This document shows positions 37,960 to 51,090 of a DNA stretch of 64,000 nucleotides, one piece after another. The stretch comes from Octopus sinensis (lineage: Eukaryota): assembly GCF_006345805.1 (NCBI RefSeq), contig NC_043017.1:4278001-4342000 (forward strand). The letters run 5' to 3'. The translations under genes and the position numbers were made by a program. Each line of letters opens with the position of its first letter. Position 1 is the first letter of the stretch. The notes under the pieces are model-generated. The model worked only from the letters and a program-made list of their open reading frames with translations, had not been told where the DNA came from and made no database searches.

Positions 37960-38564
37960 TATGTAGTCAGATGAATCAAACTCAATACTTATTCTATTTT
38001 TTTAAGCCTAGTACTTATTCTATCGGTCTCTTTTACTGAACCATTATGGGGACATAAACACACCAACACTGGTTGTCAAGCGGTGGTAGGAAACACACAC
38101 ACACACACCACACACATGATGGGCTTCTTTCAGTTTTCGTCTACCTACCATATCCACTCAGAAGGCTTTGGTCAGGCTATAGTAGAAGACACTTGCCCAA
38201 AGTGGCATGTAGTGGGACTGAACCCAGAACCACGTGGTTGGGAAGCAAAGTTCTTACCACACAGCCATTCCTGCTCCTATGCTAGATGTTTTCTTTTTTT
38301 CGTTTCCATGCCTCACCTACTCCTACTATTCCCCATCTTGCATCTCACCATGGTCTTTTTGTCTCACCACATGCTCTGGTGTTTTTGTCTTGTCATGTCT
38401 TGACCCTGGTCCTCCATCTACTTCAGCCTCTGTTTTGTTGCCGGCTGCGTTCTGTGTAACTCTTCCGCTTTTTCAAATCATTGCCTCACAATACAGAGCT
38501 GCTGGCTAATTGTTGTACTGCATGTTATTTTCTTTGTGTGTGTGTGTATGTATGTATATCTGTT

Positions 38565-38606
<42 letters not shown>

Positions 38607-39101
38607 AAAAGTGAGTTTGTAAAGATATATTATCCAGGCGGATACCATGTCAGCTCTCTGTTTGGTTGCAGATGCCAGCTGACCACATTGGTCATTATCC
38701 AATGACAGTGCTTACAACAGATTGTTAGTCACCAGTAAACTCTCCTGTTCTGTAATTCTGTCTGTGCTACTCAGGACTATAAATATTCCTTATAGTGTAT
38801 AATAATATTAATATTATTATATATATATATGTGTGTGTGTGTGCATATTTATATGTTTGTATGTATGTGTATGATATATGCTTATATGTATGTATATTAA
38901 CATTTATGAATATATATGTGTGTGTGTGTGTCTGTATATATATATATATAGAATATTTATTTGTTTAGATAGAGGTCGGTTGTGATCTAACAGATCTACG
39001 ATCAAAGGTGTTCTTTGTTTTTGAAGACAGGAGGGTGTATTTTTACAGAAATTTGCTAGATATATTTAGTGGATTGTGTGACCATCAGCTCTCTGGATGT
39101 C

Positions 39102-39144
<43 letters not shown>

Positions 39145-40116
39145 TCTCTGTGTGTGTGTATGTATGGGAATGTATAGATAATCATTTAGGTTTACAAACA
39201 GGAAGAAAATATACTCAACATGAAAGGTAGTGTGTATAAGACATTTTTAGGGAGCTGAGTTATCTTGGTTCATAACTTTAAATTTTACATTGCTGATATA
39301 ACTGAGTCGTGTTACTTTAATATTTAAGAATTTCATCGGTGGATCTTGCATCTTTGCATTGGGAAAATGCCAGCCACTAACTAAATGTTGATACAATATG
39401 ACAGCCATATCTCGTACAACATTAACGATCATATGAAACTGCTGTAATAAAGATAATTGATAGCTACACTCTGCTGATGTTTTTGTATGATTCATCACAG
39501 AACACACCATGCATCCTGAGTTCTGTTTGAATACTGGTTCACCTGACCTTTAAATCAGGTGAACCAGTATTCGAGTAGTATACACACTAATGTATGTGTA
39601 TAAACAAGGAACTCTATGTATTTATTCATTTTTGCTAAAAATCAAACTTCTCCATAAGATCAATCAAAGTTGAACTGCAGACTAAACAACACCACAACCA
39701 CCTCCACTACCAGAGTCAGAAAGAAACAGACAAAAAATATTAATTTTTTTTTTCTTGTGTGAGATGTGTGTGTGTGTGTGTGTGTGTGTGTGTTCATTTC
39801 TACATAGATGTACATATGAATTCATGAACATTCCAGACTTCACCTTTCTTTGTCTCTTTTCCTCTCAAACCATTTCCCCCACTTTTATGGATAGCATAAG
39901 ACCAACAGGTTATGCATACTTTCAGATGTGGAGCTTTTGGGTCTCCTTGTATACAGGTTGTTCTGCAACTGCCCATCACTGAAAAAAAGACAGGTGACAT
40001 ACATCAGTCTGTAGAAAGCCATCAACTTTCTACGAAAGAGCCTCTATGCAGTTGCTTGAACTATGAGAAATAGCAGTCAAATCTCCCTCAGATCACTCCC
40101 CATCTAAACATTTTAA

Positions 40117-40250
40117 ATAATTAAAGACCCATTGCACAATACCGGATGCATCATCATCATCATCATCATCATCGTTTAACGTCCGCTTTGAACGATGATG
40201 ATGATGATGATGATGATGCATCCGGTATTGTGCAATGGGTCTTTAATTAT
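40117..40250. repeat. Perfect 60-bp inverted repeat with 14-nt spacer
   Basis: 40117-40176 is the exact reverse complement of 40191-40250, including (CAT)8/(ATG)8. Confidence 0.95.
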
Positions 40251-41649
40251 CAAAAAAAAAAAACTGAGATAGTTATGGCTGCTGCTCTGGTAATTATTGG
40301 TCTGCCGTATCAGGGTTTACCTGAGCTAAACAACAAGAATCAACTCTCAGCTTTTGATCTTTCTTTTATCAACGGTTCAATTCCCAGCAGTTGACATAGA
40401 TTCGGTCATTGTTGTCTGTCTGTCTGTCTCTCTATTCATCTGGCCACCCAATTGCTTCCGCCTCATCTCCACCACTGCATCCAATTTCCTTCCCCTTCAG
40501 TCGTGTTCTGTTATGCAATTTCTCCCTTTCTTAACATGGATATTCTATTTTATTGATCTTCATTTTATTGATTTCTCTCCTCTTGCAATAACAATTTTCT
40601 ATTCATAATTTTCTCTCTTGCTCTGTATATGTGCGTGTGTATATATATAAATGCATATGTGTATGCATGTATATATAAATGCATAAGTGTATGCATGTAT
40701 ATATAAATATGTATGTGTATGCATGCGTGTGTTTATGTAAATGTGAGTGTGTGAGGGCAGGGTTTGTGTTAATAAAAGATTCTTATTAGGAATATATGTC
40801 AGTCTTTAATATATTTTCCCCTACCATCTCCCTCCATTACCTCTCCTCTTTACCCCTTCATTGATATTTGAACTATTGATCTTCTCTTTTTTCCTTTCTT
40901 AACATCCATTACTTTAAAACGTCTTCTCCCCCCCCCTTTTCTTCCTAGTGTTATTTCACTCGGAATGATTTGCTCCCTCCTGCCTTTACGAGTCTGTCTT
41001 TCCGTCTCTTTTGTCTCCGTGGTCCCTTCGTATTTGTCTTTATGGGTATCCTACCACCACCACCACTACCCTTCCCGATCACTATCACAAATACCACAGT
41101 CATCATCATTACCATCGCTAATATTGCATCTTCAGCACAGCATCATCATCATCATCATCATATCTCCATAATTGAACTGTATTACCATAATTATCAGCAT
41201 TTGCTAGAATCCTGAAAAGCTATATATATATATATATATGTGTGTGTGTATGTGTGTATGTATACACACACACACACACACATACACACACACATGCATG
41301 CATATATGTATCCAATATATCCAATATTCTAAATTGGTAAGTTCGCTGCCAAATGCATGATTTGGTCAAATGCTGGAGGAGTTGAGGATTGATAGACTTG
41401 ATTTTAAAAGTTCAGCCAGTATAAATATGTCTTTATGTATTGAACAGATTAACTATTATCATTATTGGATCTAGACTATCATGATCACTGTATCTTCATA
41501 ATTGAAGTGTGATTAATCACTGGTTAAGGGCTATGAGTTTATATCTTTAGGTTAATCTAGTTAGGTTTATTAATTAATCAGTCCACTCTGTGCATGTTTG
41601 CACACCTGGCAGCAGCTCTCCTTCAGTGTCTTGGATTTTTTCTGGAAAG

Positions 41650-42000
41650 GTAAAGGTGTTACACTCCTCCCAGTTCATGGTAAGGTCTTTGACAGGGTTA
41701 TTCTAAACAGGGTATGAAATCATCTGCTTGGCCCTTAGTGGCCAGGGCAGTCAGAGTTTACACCAAAGACGTCAGCTACTGACAGGATCCTGGCTCTCCA
41801 CGTACTCATTGAACATTGGCAGGGTTTTCAGCAGAGGCTTCTTGCAGCTCATGTCAATGTCTGCAGAGGTGTTTGACTCAGTGGGCAGGGATGTGCTCTG
41901 GGGGATTCTAGAGCTGTAAGGATACCTGTAAACACTGATTTGTTGGGTTGATGACAGTCTTGTATACTGGAGCAGTGAATGCAGTTCAGATTGGGGGTTC
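41650..42000 (+). pseudogene. RTE-clade LINE reverse transcriptase remnant
   Basis: KGVTLLPVHGKVFDRVILNRV*NHL...QSEFTPKTSATDRILALHVLIE...AAHVN...FDSVGRDVLWGILEL (cf. YRGITLLS..GK, Q.GF...ST.D.I, D..KAFDSV); in-frame stops. Confidence 0.85.
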
Positions 42001-42761
42001 AACTTTTGACTTTTTCTCAGTTAGATCTGGGGGCCATTAGGATTTGAAATCAGAATGTAAGGAGCCATAGTAAATACTGTGAAGCATTTCATCCAACATT
42101 CTAATGCCTCTGACAGTTTGCTATTGGTTGCGTGTGTTTTTTAATGTTTTCCCAGTATCTGAAACCACTTTTTTAGATTCCCTTGAAAATATTTGACACC
42201 AATGTGGTCTATAGTTTTCTTCATCCCTTTGGAGAAGTCCATCTTGTGTTGCTGTTTTTTGCTTATTCATGGTCTGACCACTGTACAGTGTGACCTGTCT
42301 GTCCACATTTTTTATTACTGTCTTGGAGAGTTTTTGTGATGATGCTCTTCTTAAGACTTCATTTATGATATAAGATGTTCATTTACGATCATGCTAAGAT
42401 ATTTTCAGGGTTTCATTAGGTGGACTGGTTTTATTGCCTAAATTTGGGCAGGTAGTTGTTAAGTACTTTATTTCTCCTGACCTACTTTGCTTAATATTAA
42501 ATTACATACTTAAGATCTTGGATTATTATCATTTTTTTTATTGTTATTGCTTATCTTCCTGCCCCTTTCCCCATACTCTCCATCTCTTGCACTAGCCATA
42601 CACCCTTGCTATACCCTCATCCCTATCCAACCACACCCCTAATTCCTCTGCTCCCATTCACTTTGACTCACTATGTGCCTTGAGGGGACCACCTGGACAT
42701 TTCATCACCACTATTTATCTCTTTGCAGTTCCTCCTCATCATTCACAACATCTCTTCTTAT

Positions 42762-42989
42762 CTCCTTTAGCATTCAAATTATTCTGTCAAATGTAATGTT
42801 TATTTATTCACACTGCTTTGAATTAATTGTGAATTGTCTCATAATTTTGAGATTTCAATGCTACGATTATTTATTTATAGAATGACAATGTAGGGTAGAT
42901 GTAAGAGGCTGGACCTGTCCAGTTGGAACAAAAAGAGAAAAAAAGATAGAATATTTGGGCCAGATAGTGTTGGTTTGAATGCCCTAGGG
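42762..42989. mobile_element. piggyBac-type MITE family 1, diverged copy
   Basis: CCTTTAGCATTC...GAATGCCCTAGGG ends; internal similarity to 1479-1674. Confidence 0.6.
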
Positions 42990-43389
42990 TAAAATGTGAG
43001 TAACTATGTAGCTCCTCTATAACAAGAACCTGCTCTCCCTCCTTTCATGCTTTAACCTCCTCGTCTCCTAACATAAAAACGAGCCTTCCCTCTCCTTCAG
43101 GGTTTCATAGTCTTGCAAGCTACATGGCAAAAACTTATTAATGCTGATGACATGAAAATCCAGTACACACTGTAAAGTGGCTGGCATTAGGAAGGGCAAA
43201 CAACTGTGGAAACCATGCCAAAGCAGACATTGGAGTGCAATTTTGTCCTTGAATCCACCAAATTGTGTCAAACCGTCCAGTCCATGCCAGCATGAACCGG
43301 GGAAATTATAACCATTGGTTCCATCCATAATAGTTTAGTGGTGGGATGATTGCTGCAAGTGAATTCAGACATTAGTGCACTGCTGAGGC

Positions 43390-43920
43390 TATTGTTGTTG
43401 CTGTTTATAACAGCTTAGTTCTGATCCAGCAGTCTTAGGTTCAAATACGTTCCACTTGTGACCATTCCTTCTATTATTCAGATATTGTGTATCCAAAGTA
43501 TCTTTCCTGTTGTTTAACTCTTGGCTAATTCTAATACAACAGACTTATGATCAAAGACATTCCCATCACGATCATCCATCCTTTCTTTTATTCTGATGTT
43601 ATTTCTCAAACCATATCATCCAAAATATCCTTCTTTGTTTTTTTGCTTCAGATTAGCTTTGTGATCAGAGCAATCCAGCTATGACCACACCATCTTATTT
43701 TTAGACTGTGTATCCAGGACTGTATTTCAGAATGTTTTTCCTTTTTTTACAATAGCAAGGTGTGATTTGAATGCGATATACCTGATATTGCTAGCAGGTC
43801 AAATAGCAGTGGTTGCTGTTTCGCTCTTTGTCCTGTTTGAGTAAATCTATGGTAAAAAGTGTTCCAACTATGACCATCCTGTATTTTGTTCATGCAATGT
43901 ACATTATCCATGCCTTTTTT
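43390..43920 (+). repeat. Tandem cluster of repeat family E segments
   Basis: Repeated GAC(C/T)TATGATCAAAG...TTCCA...TGACCATC units. Family E (GTTGTTTAGCCCCAGG...GATTTGGCTGCTATTTCTAGCAGG) is also seen at about 20418, 44484, 46235, 48480 and 63530. Confidence 0.6.
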
Positions 43921-45210
43921 TTTTATTTTGAAAACTGCATTCTATTCTGTTTAGCTTACACGTCTGGTTCTTTAATAATTGTTGCACTTATGCCTTAGTA
44001 GTCTAACAACTACTATAGCTACAGCTATTACCGCTACTACTTCTACTCATGCTGCTGTTGTATTTGTTCTCTAAAGCATGTTAAAAGTGTTTTTGTACAT
44101 TACATCATACTCAATTGTAACTGTCTGTCGTATTTGTGCACTCGTACAAAGAGAAAAAAAATACAATGCAACTGAATCATCATAATTTGTAGGACATGAT
44201 CAAGCCAATGGAATGCTTGATATCGCTGGTGAAAATCTCTTTCTGTAAACTTGATCTCTGAAATTTCCTTCACATATAAGTCTTAAATCTTTTGCACTGA
44301 TAAAAGCACAAATGAACACGAGGACAGGATGTCATAGGAGAAAGCTTTGTTGGACATCCTGGAGTGTTAAGTAACACAGTTTAAACACAAATAGGCCAAC
44401 ACTTTGCAGGAATAAAATTTTAATTGGTGGATGGGCTTGTCTTCAACTCTAGCTTACATTCTGCTTACCTTTTAAAATACACGGTTGTTGTTTAGCCACA
44501 GATAAACCATGGTTGAGCATACCTATGGTCAAATGTGGTCCAGCCAGCTGTGAGCATTCTGTATTTTTTGGGTGTGATTTGAAAGAGATTTGGTTGATAT
44601 TTCTAGCAGGTTGAACAATAACAACATGGAGGCTAACTTGTTTGCTCTCTTTCTTTTATTGGCTAAATAATAAAATTGTGTTTATATTGGAATGTAAGTA
44701 TGGCACTCATCATCTTAATTTCAACATCTGTTTATCTTACGAGCCAGAAGTGTAGCACATCATCACTTGATCCTGTGTCATCACCTATGCAAGATTCAAC
44801 AGCCTCAGATCTGATCTCCTCTTTTCTTCCAGTGTCTTGCTTGGCTTTTCTCTGGTATGTTTCACTGTCAACATGCAAACCCACCACTGTCTATTCACAT
44901 CATCATCATCATCAGACATCCGTTTTCTTATGCTGGCATGGGTTAGATGATTTGACTGGAGCTGCTGGTAAGCTGGAGAGCTGCACCAGACAGTGTGTTT
45001 TGGCCTGGTTCCTATGGCTCAATGCCCTTCCTAATGCCAACCACTCCATAGTGTACTGGGTGCTTTTAACGTGTCACTGGCATGGGTACCTCTCTCTTCC
45101 CTTATATTGATTGACGTCTTTAAAGCTCTGACACATTCTTGGTTCACTTAAGCTTCATCTTCCAAACAAGGTACTCTTTTACTTGTTTTAGTCATGTGAC
45201 TGTGGCCATG

Positions 45211-45326
45211 CATTTTTCGTGTATTTCAACCAGAAATAAATAATGCAAAATTTTTACTTTTCAAAAATTCCAATTCTAAAGGGTCGAAAAGAAAACAAAC
45301 CCGAGCAACACTGGGCTATACTGCTA

Positions 45327-45327
<1 letters not shown>
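45211..45327 (+). mobile_element. Helitron 3' fragment
   Basis: CCCGAG-CAACA-CTGGG hairpin then CTAG|T; reverse complement of part of 21739-21880. Confidence 0.75.
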
Positions 45328-45365
<38 letters not shown>

Positions 45366-45616
45366 CATACACTCTCCTGAGTGGTTGGTGTTAGGAAGGG
45401 CATCCAGCTGTAAAAATCCTGCCAAAAACAGTCACAGAAGTCTCTGGTGCCAGCTTCAGCCTGACTGGCTCTTGTGGTACCATTCATGCTAGCATGTAAC
45501 ATGGACGTTAAATGATGATGATGATAATGACAGTGTATTTCAATAGGAATATAGTGAAAAGGAGTCAAACAACCAAGGGATTCATTTGCCCTATGTCTTG
45601 CCTCATTTCTCTCATA

Positions 45617-45821
45617 TACTCTTTTACTCTTTTACTTGTTTCAGTCATTTGACTGCGGCTATGCTGGAGCACCACCTTTAGTCGAGCAACTCGACCCCGG
45701 GACTTATTCTTTTTGTAAGCCCAGTACTTATTCTATCGGTCTCTTTTGCCAAATCGCTAAGTGAAAGGGACATAAATACACCAGCATCGGTTGTCAAGCA
45801 ATGCTAGGGGGACAAACACAG

Positions 45822-45854
<33 letters not shown>

Positions 45855-46025
45855 CATATATACGACGGGCTTCTTTCAGTTTCCGTCTACCAAATCCACT
45901 CACAAGGCTTTGGTTGGCCCAAGGCTTTAGTAGAAGACACTTGCCCAAGATGCCATGCAGTGGGACTGAACCCAGAACCATGTGGTTGGTAAGCAAGCAA
46001 CTTACCACACAGCCACTCCTGCGCC
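45617..46025 (-). mobile_element. SINE family A, full length
   Basis: Reverse complement of the complete A consensus. Confidence 0.92.
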
Positions 46026-46692
46026 TATCTTCACATATTTTCCATATTCATTGTCCATGTTTCACTATTCTGTAGTACTGTGCTTCTTATAGATACTTTA
46101 TATAGTCTATCGTCTGCTGTATTCACAAATCTCCCACATTCAATATCCATACCCTACTACCATGTTGCATCACAGTCCTTACCCGTACTTAGTGCCGTTA
46201 GCACTGTACATGTTTAAACTTGATTGAATGTCTGTGTTGTTGTTTAGCCCCAGGTAAACCCTGACTGGGCAATAACACATGATCAAAAGCATTTCAACTT
46301 TGACTGTTCAGTTTTTTTTAAGATATCTTGTATTACAATGTATATAACATGTCTTGTTTTAAAAGGTGTTAGCATGTTGAGTGAGATTTGGCTGGTGTTT
46401 CCAGCAGTTTAAGCAAACATGTAGAACTTGCCTCAATGGTTCAGTCTGTAGCATTAGCTTGAGTTTGTACATGTGTCTGTGTATAGATAGTCACTGTAAT
46501 GAATTAGTTAAATTCCAATTGCCATATATATATGTGTATATATATATGATGATGATGATATATATACACACACACATATATACATACATATATATATATA
46601 CACCACATATATATATTATATATATATATAATATATATACACACATATACATATATATATTATATATATATATATATAATATATATATACAC

Positions 46693-46751
<59 letters not shown>

Positions 46752-47573
46752 TACATATATATATATATATTATATATATATATATTATATATATATATGT
46801 ATGGATATGTATGTATGTATGTATGCTTCAGCTGTTTTATCAGCTGATGGATAGTTTTATTGTGAGAAGTGTACAAACATTGGTGAACATGACCTAGATA
46901 ATAACAACAACAATAATAATAGTAATAATATAAACAACAGCAATTATCACCATCACCAATGTCCTCCATCCTATCCCCATTTTCTGGTTCCGTTACCAGG
47001 GCTTATATTAAGTCATAATTAGTGGGTCCTATTGTGCCATTGTTTCCACTTTCTAAAAGGAAGCAAAATGCAAGAAATAAATGGTCTATTTTTAAAGTTT
47101 TCATTACAACAACTATTTCCACAAGAATTTAACCTATGAGTCTGTTGTTTCCTGTGTTCTCTTGTATTCAGGTTGGATGAAAGTAGCCTTGAATCCTCTG
47201 AGAAGATAGGAAATTAAACGACCACCATAGCTATCAGCTGGTACCATTATGAGAATATAGAATATAGAAATACTTCATATAGAGGCACAGGTGTATGGTT
47301 AAGAAACTCAATTTGCAACGAAGTGGTTTTAGGTTCAATCCCACTTGGTTGTCACTTGTGCAGATGCTTGTTGTTTGTGTGTGTCTTTGGGTTTGGGTTT
47401 CTCCTGCCATCATCATTTGACTACCAGTGTTGGTTTGTTTATATTCCCTTAGTGGTTTCGCAAAAGAAATCAATAGCATAAGTACTAGGCTTAAAAAAAT
47501 CTACTAGGTTTGCTTTGACTAAATCACCAGCCTGACCACAGTCCAATGACTTAAACAAAGTAAAAAGACAGAG

Positions 47574-47619
<46 letters not shown>

Positions 47620-48264
47620 ACACAGGCATAGTTGAATGGTTAAGTTTACTTTGCAATTTTGAGGTCCCAGGTTCAGTTCCACTATGTGGTGTCTTTATCA
47701 TGGCCTCAGGTGACCCTAAGCCTTGTGAGGTACACGTGTCTGGAATGCTCAGGGTACACGTGTCTGTGGAGTGCTCGGCCACTTGCACGTTAATTTCACG
47801 AGCAAGCTGTTCCGTTAATTGCATCAGCTGGAACCCTTGTTGTCATAACCAACAGAGTGCTCCAGTGCAGTTGAAGATGTTTCAGACAACATATTTTATT
47901 GAGGCATGGTGTGTTCAAGACTACATTATGCAGTGTGTTTTCCCTCGGTTGGGCACGATTTGATGGAGAGGTTTACCTGCTGTTTCTGTGGCGGATTTAA
48001 TTTTTCACATGAAGGCTCTCATCTTTTTTTCTCTCTTTTGTTTTTTTTATACCTGATGATCATATATGCATGAGTGCAAGATTTGCAATGCATGCCAAAG
48101 ATATCTAAGTAAAAGAAAATAACAAATCTTGTTTTAATATAACTCTTTCTTTTATTATGAAAGTATTCTGGAAAGGGAGTACATACGTGCTATATCTACC
48201 CTGTTTTAATTCATGGCTTTGGTTTCTATAATTGCATGCTCTGGTTTAAGTACCAGCTGTCATT

Positions 48265-48403
48265 CATCATCATCATCATCGTTTAACGTCCGTTTTCCAT
48301 GCTAGCATGGGTTGGACAGTTCGACTGGGGTCTGGGAAGCCAGGAGGCTGCACCAGGCTCCAGTCTGATCTGGCAGTGTTTCTACAGCTGGATGCCCTTC
48401 CTA
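48265..48403 (-). mobile_element. Family B repeat, truncated
   Basis: (CAT)n CGTTTAACGTCCGTTTTCCATGCTAGC. Confidence 0.88.
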
Positions 48404-49276
48404 AACACCCATGCCTGCACCTATATATATATATGTGTGTGTGTGTGTCTATCAAATATAGTAAAGATTGAATATTGTATGTGTTGTTATTTAATCACAG
48501 GTCGGCCCTGATCCTGCAGACCTACAATCTCATTCCTGCCATGACCATCTCATCTGTTATTTAGGCAATATATGTAGGGCTACATCATCTAATGGCTCTC
48601 ACTATTTTTATGGAAAACAGGAGGGAAGGAAAAAAGTCTTGAGGAAGACGTGCGCTATGGTGTCGTGTCGGCCTCGCGAGCAAAGGCGTACGGGTGCACA
48701 GCAGCAACGACGGCGCGTAGGCGCAGGCAAGGAGTCATTTCTTGCAGACCAAGCAACTATGTAGATACTACATTTATGGCTCTATGATGTTGTTGATGAT
48801 AATGATGATGACATTGGCTAATTGGTATGGAAATGATCCACAAAAGCCTGAATCAAACTTAGCAAAATGGAAGCATCCAGAATTGACGAAAAATGAATTC
48901 GACTGAGTGAAACAGCATATTAGTTTAAGTGTGAAATAAATCCTGTTTAGTTGAGTGTGAAAGTATTCCTGGACTGAGAGTGATTTTATGTTTTTTTTTT
49001 TTTATTTCTTCTGTCTTAAGCAGCTTCCCAAATACCTTGGTCTTACTTCCATCATTACATGATATGAAATAACTGCTTTATCACTCCAGTGGATTTAATC
49101 TTCCTTAATCCATCACCCCTTCCTTCGAGCTTAAAAGCTATGCCTTCATCCTCTCACTCACAGCACTGTGTGTGATAAAAGAGATGGTGTGTGTATATGT
49201 GTGTGTGCTTGTTGTGTCAGGTGGGCAGAAATGGAGGAACCAAGAGATTGATATCATCATCATCATCATCATTATT

Positions 49277-49565
49277 AATGCGGCAAGCTGGCAGTAGCAT
49301 TTGTGTGCTGGATGAAATGCTTAGCAGTATTTCACCAGTCACTACGTTCTGAGTTCAAATTCTGCTGAGGTGGACTTTGCCTTTCATCCATTCTGGGTCC
49401 ATAAATTAAGTACCAGTCGAACACTGGGGTTGATGTAATTGACACATCCCCTCCCTCCAAATGGCTGCCCCCATGGTAAAATTTGAAACCATTATTATTA
49501 ATATTAAGGTGGTGAGCTGGCAGAAATGTTAGCATGCTGGGTGAAATGCTTAGTGGTATTTCGAC
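49277..49565 (+). mobile_element. SINE family C, diverged, followed by a second head
   Basis: GTTCTGAGTTCAAATTCTGCTGAGGTGGACTTTGCCTTTCATCC...TAAGTACCAG; second head at about 49506. Confidence 0.75.
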
Positions 49566-49689
49566 CATCGCAATGTTCTAAAAGCATTTATACTGCTTTT
49601 AGTTTTTTTTTTTCTTATTTTTCAGCTACTATTTTTGGAAAGACTTTTTTGCCCCCTACCCTTCCAATTTCTTCATTTTTAATTTTTTT

Positions 49690-49850
49690 CCCCTATAACT
49701 CTAACCCTAAAACCCCAACCCTAACCCTAAAACTTCAACTCTAACCCTAACCCTAAAACCTCAACTCTAACCCTAACCCTAAAACTTTAACCCTAACCCT
49801 GAAACTCTTACCCTAACTCTAAAACCCTAATCCTAAAACCTTAAAGCTAA
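49690..49850 (+). repeat. Interstitial degenerate (TAACCC)n telomere-like array inside an unclassified element
   Basis: CTAACCCTAACCCTAAAAC repeated with a period of about 26 nt. Confidence 0.8.
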
Positions 49851-50885
49851 AACAAGTACAAATGCACGAACGATGTCATAATTAACAGTGACAAATGAAA
49901 TATACACCACCGATAGTTGTTGTTGAAAAACAATGGCAGTAATTTTATTCAGGTGAATACACGTCATTGATTGGTTGGAATTACCGAAATACGAGATCTT
50001 TAACGTGAAATAACTTTGTAAACATGAACTTTTCTCAGAAATGCTAAGAGTAAAAGATATTTTATATGACACATTCTACCAGTATACGCAGTTTGAAAGT
50101 GTTTAGTTACAAAAAATTATTTTCTAAATCTGTCAGTCAAAAGGTAAAGATCCTGTTTTCATGCACTGATTGCTTTCTATCAGTCAGGTAATGTGATTGG
50201 TGAGTATTCCACTTGTGACCTGTACAGAATATGTAGTGGGAAAGTTTGATGATGTTGCATGAAAATGATAGCCTGTTTTGAAGGATTCTTTGAATCAGGG
50301 TGTTTGTGAATAATTTTCAGAAGACCTTGGCCTGGCAGTGCTACCTAGGGTCATTACTGGTTTGAGATGAACTCTTCGGGCATGCAGGTGCTATCAAACA
50401 GGTTTCTGGCAGAAACGTTAGCACGCCGGGCGAAATGCTTAGCAGTATTTCGTCCGTCTTTACGTTCTGAGTTCAAATTCTGCCGAGGTCAACTTTGCCT
50501 TTTATCCTTTCGGGGTCCGCCTGACCCATGCAAACAGGGAAAAGGGGATACTGAAATGATGATAATGTCTTATTTGCTAATATTGTGATGATTAAAGGGG
50601 ATGATACAAAGATGGACATAAAGTGGGTGGGGGGGTGTATATACAATCTAATAATAAAAAAGTCATAAAATATAAATATGGTATGCAACATTTAAAAAAA
50701 GGGCCATGCAAGCTTGGAAAAGCGGACATTAAATGGAAATGAAAAAATTTTATATTTTTCAAGATCTAGTTATATGTTTTATAAAAATATATATTATTTG
50801 TTATTTATGTTTTGATTTATGTCTATCACTGTTTGAGTTGCATAATAGTGGTTTTATCTCTAATTTATATTTTATATATATATAT

Positions 50886-51090
50886 AAAAGGCAGCTTTTC
50901 TCTCCTTTTTTTCTCTCCTTTTCTCTCTCCTTGTTTTTTTTCCATGTATCTTTCTGTCGAAGAGCGTAGGCTCGAAACGTAAAAGACTTTTTCTATTCCT
51001 GAGCGCTATACTAATACATTTGTTTGTTTGTACTCCACCTGCCTTCGTCTTTTGTTTATTTTCGTAAACTTTCCCGTTATAATATATATA
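50886..51090 (+). mobile_element. (TA)n-flanked small element carrying a variant minimal hammerhead (50950-50985)
   Basis: TCTTT CTGTCGA A GAGC GTAG GCTC GAAA CGT A AAAGA; same family as 19534-19569 but core position 6 is T. Confidence 0.7.

Noticed and set aside
42121-42500. Possible LINE C-terminal remnant on the minus strand
   Set aside because: Too decayed to assign by eye.
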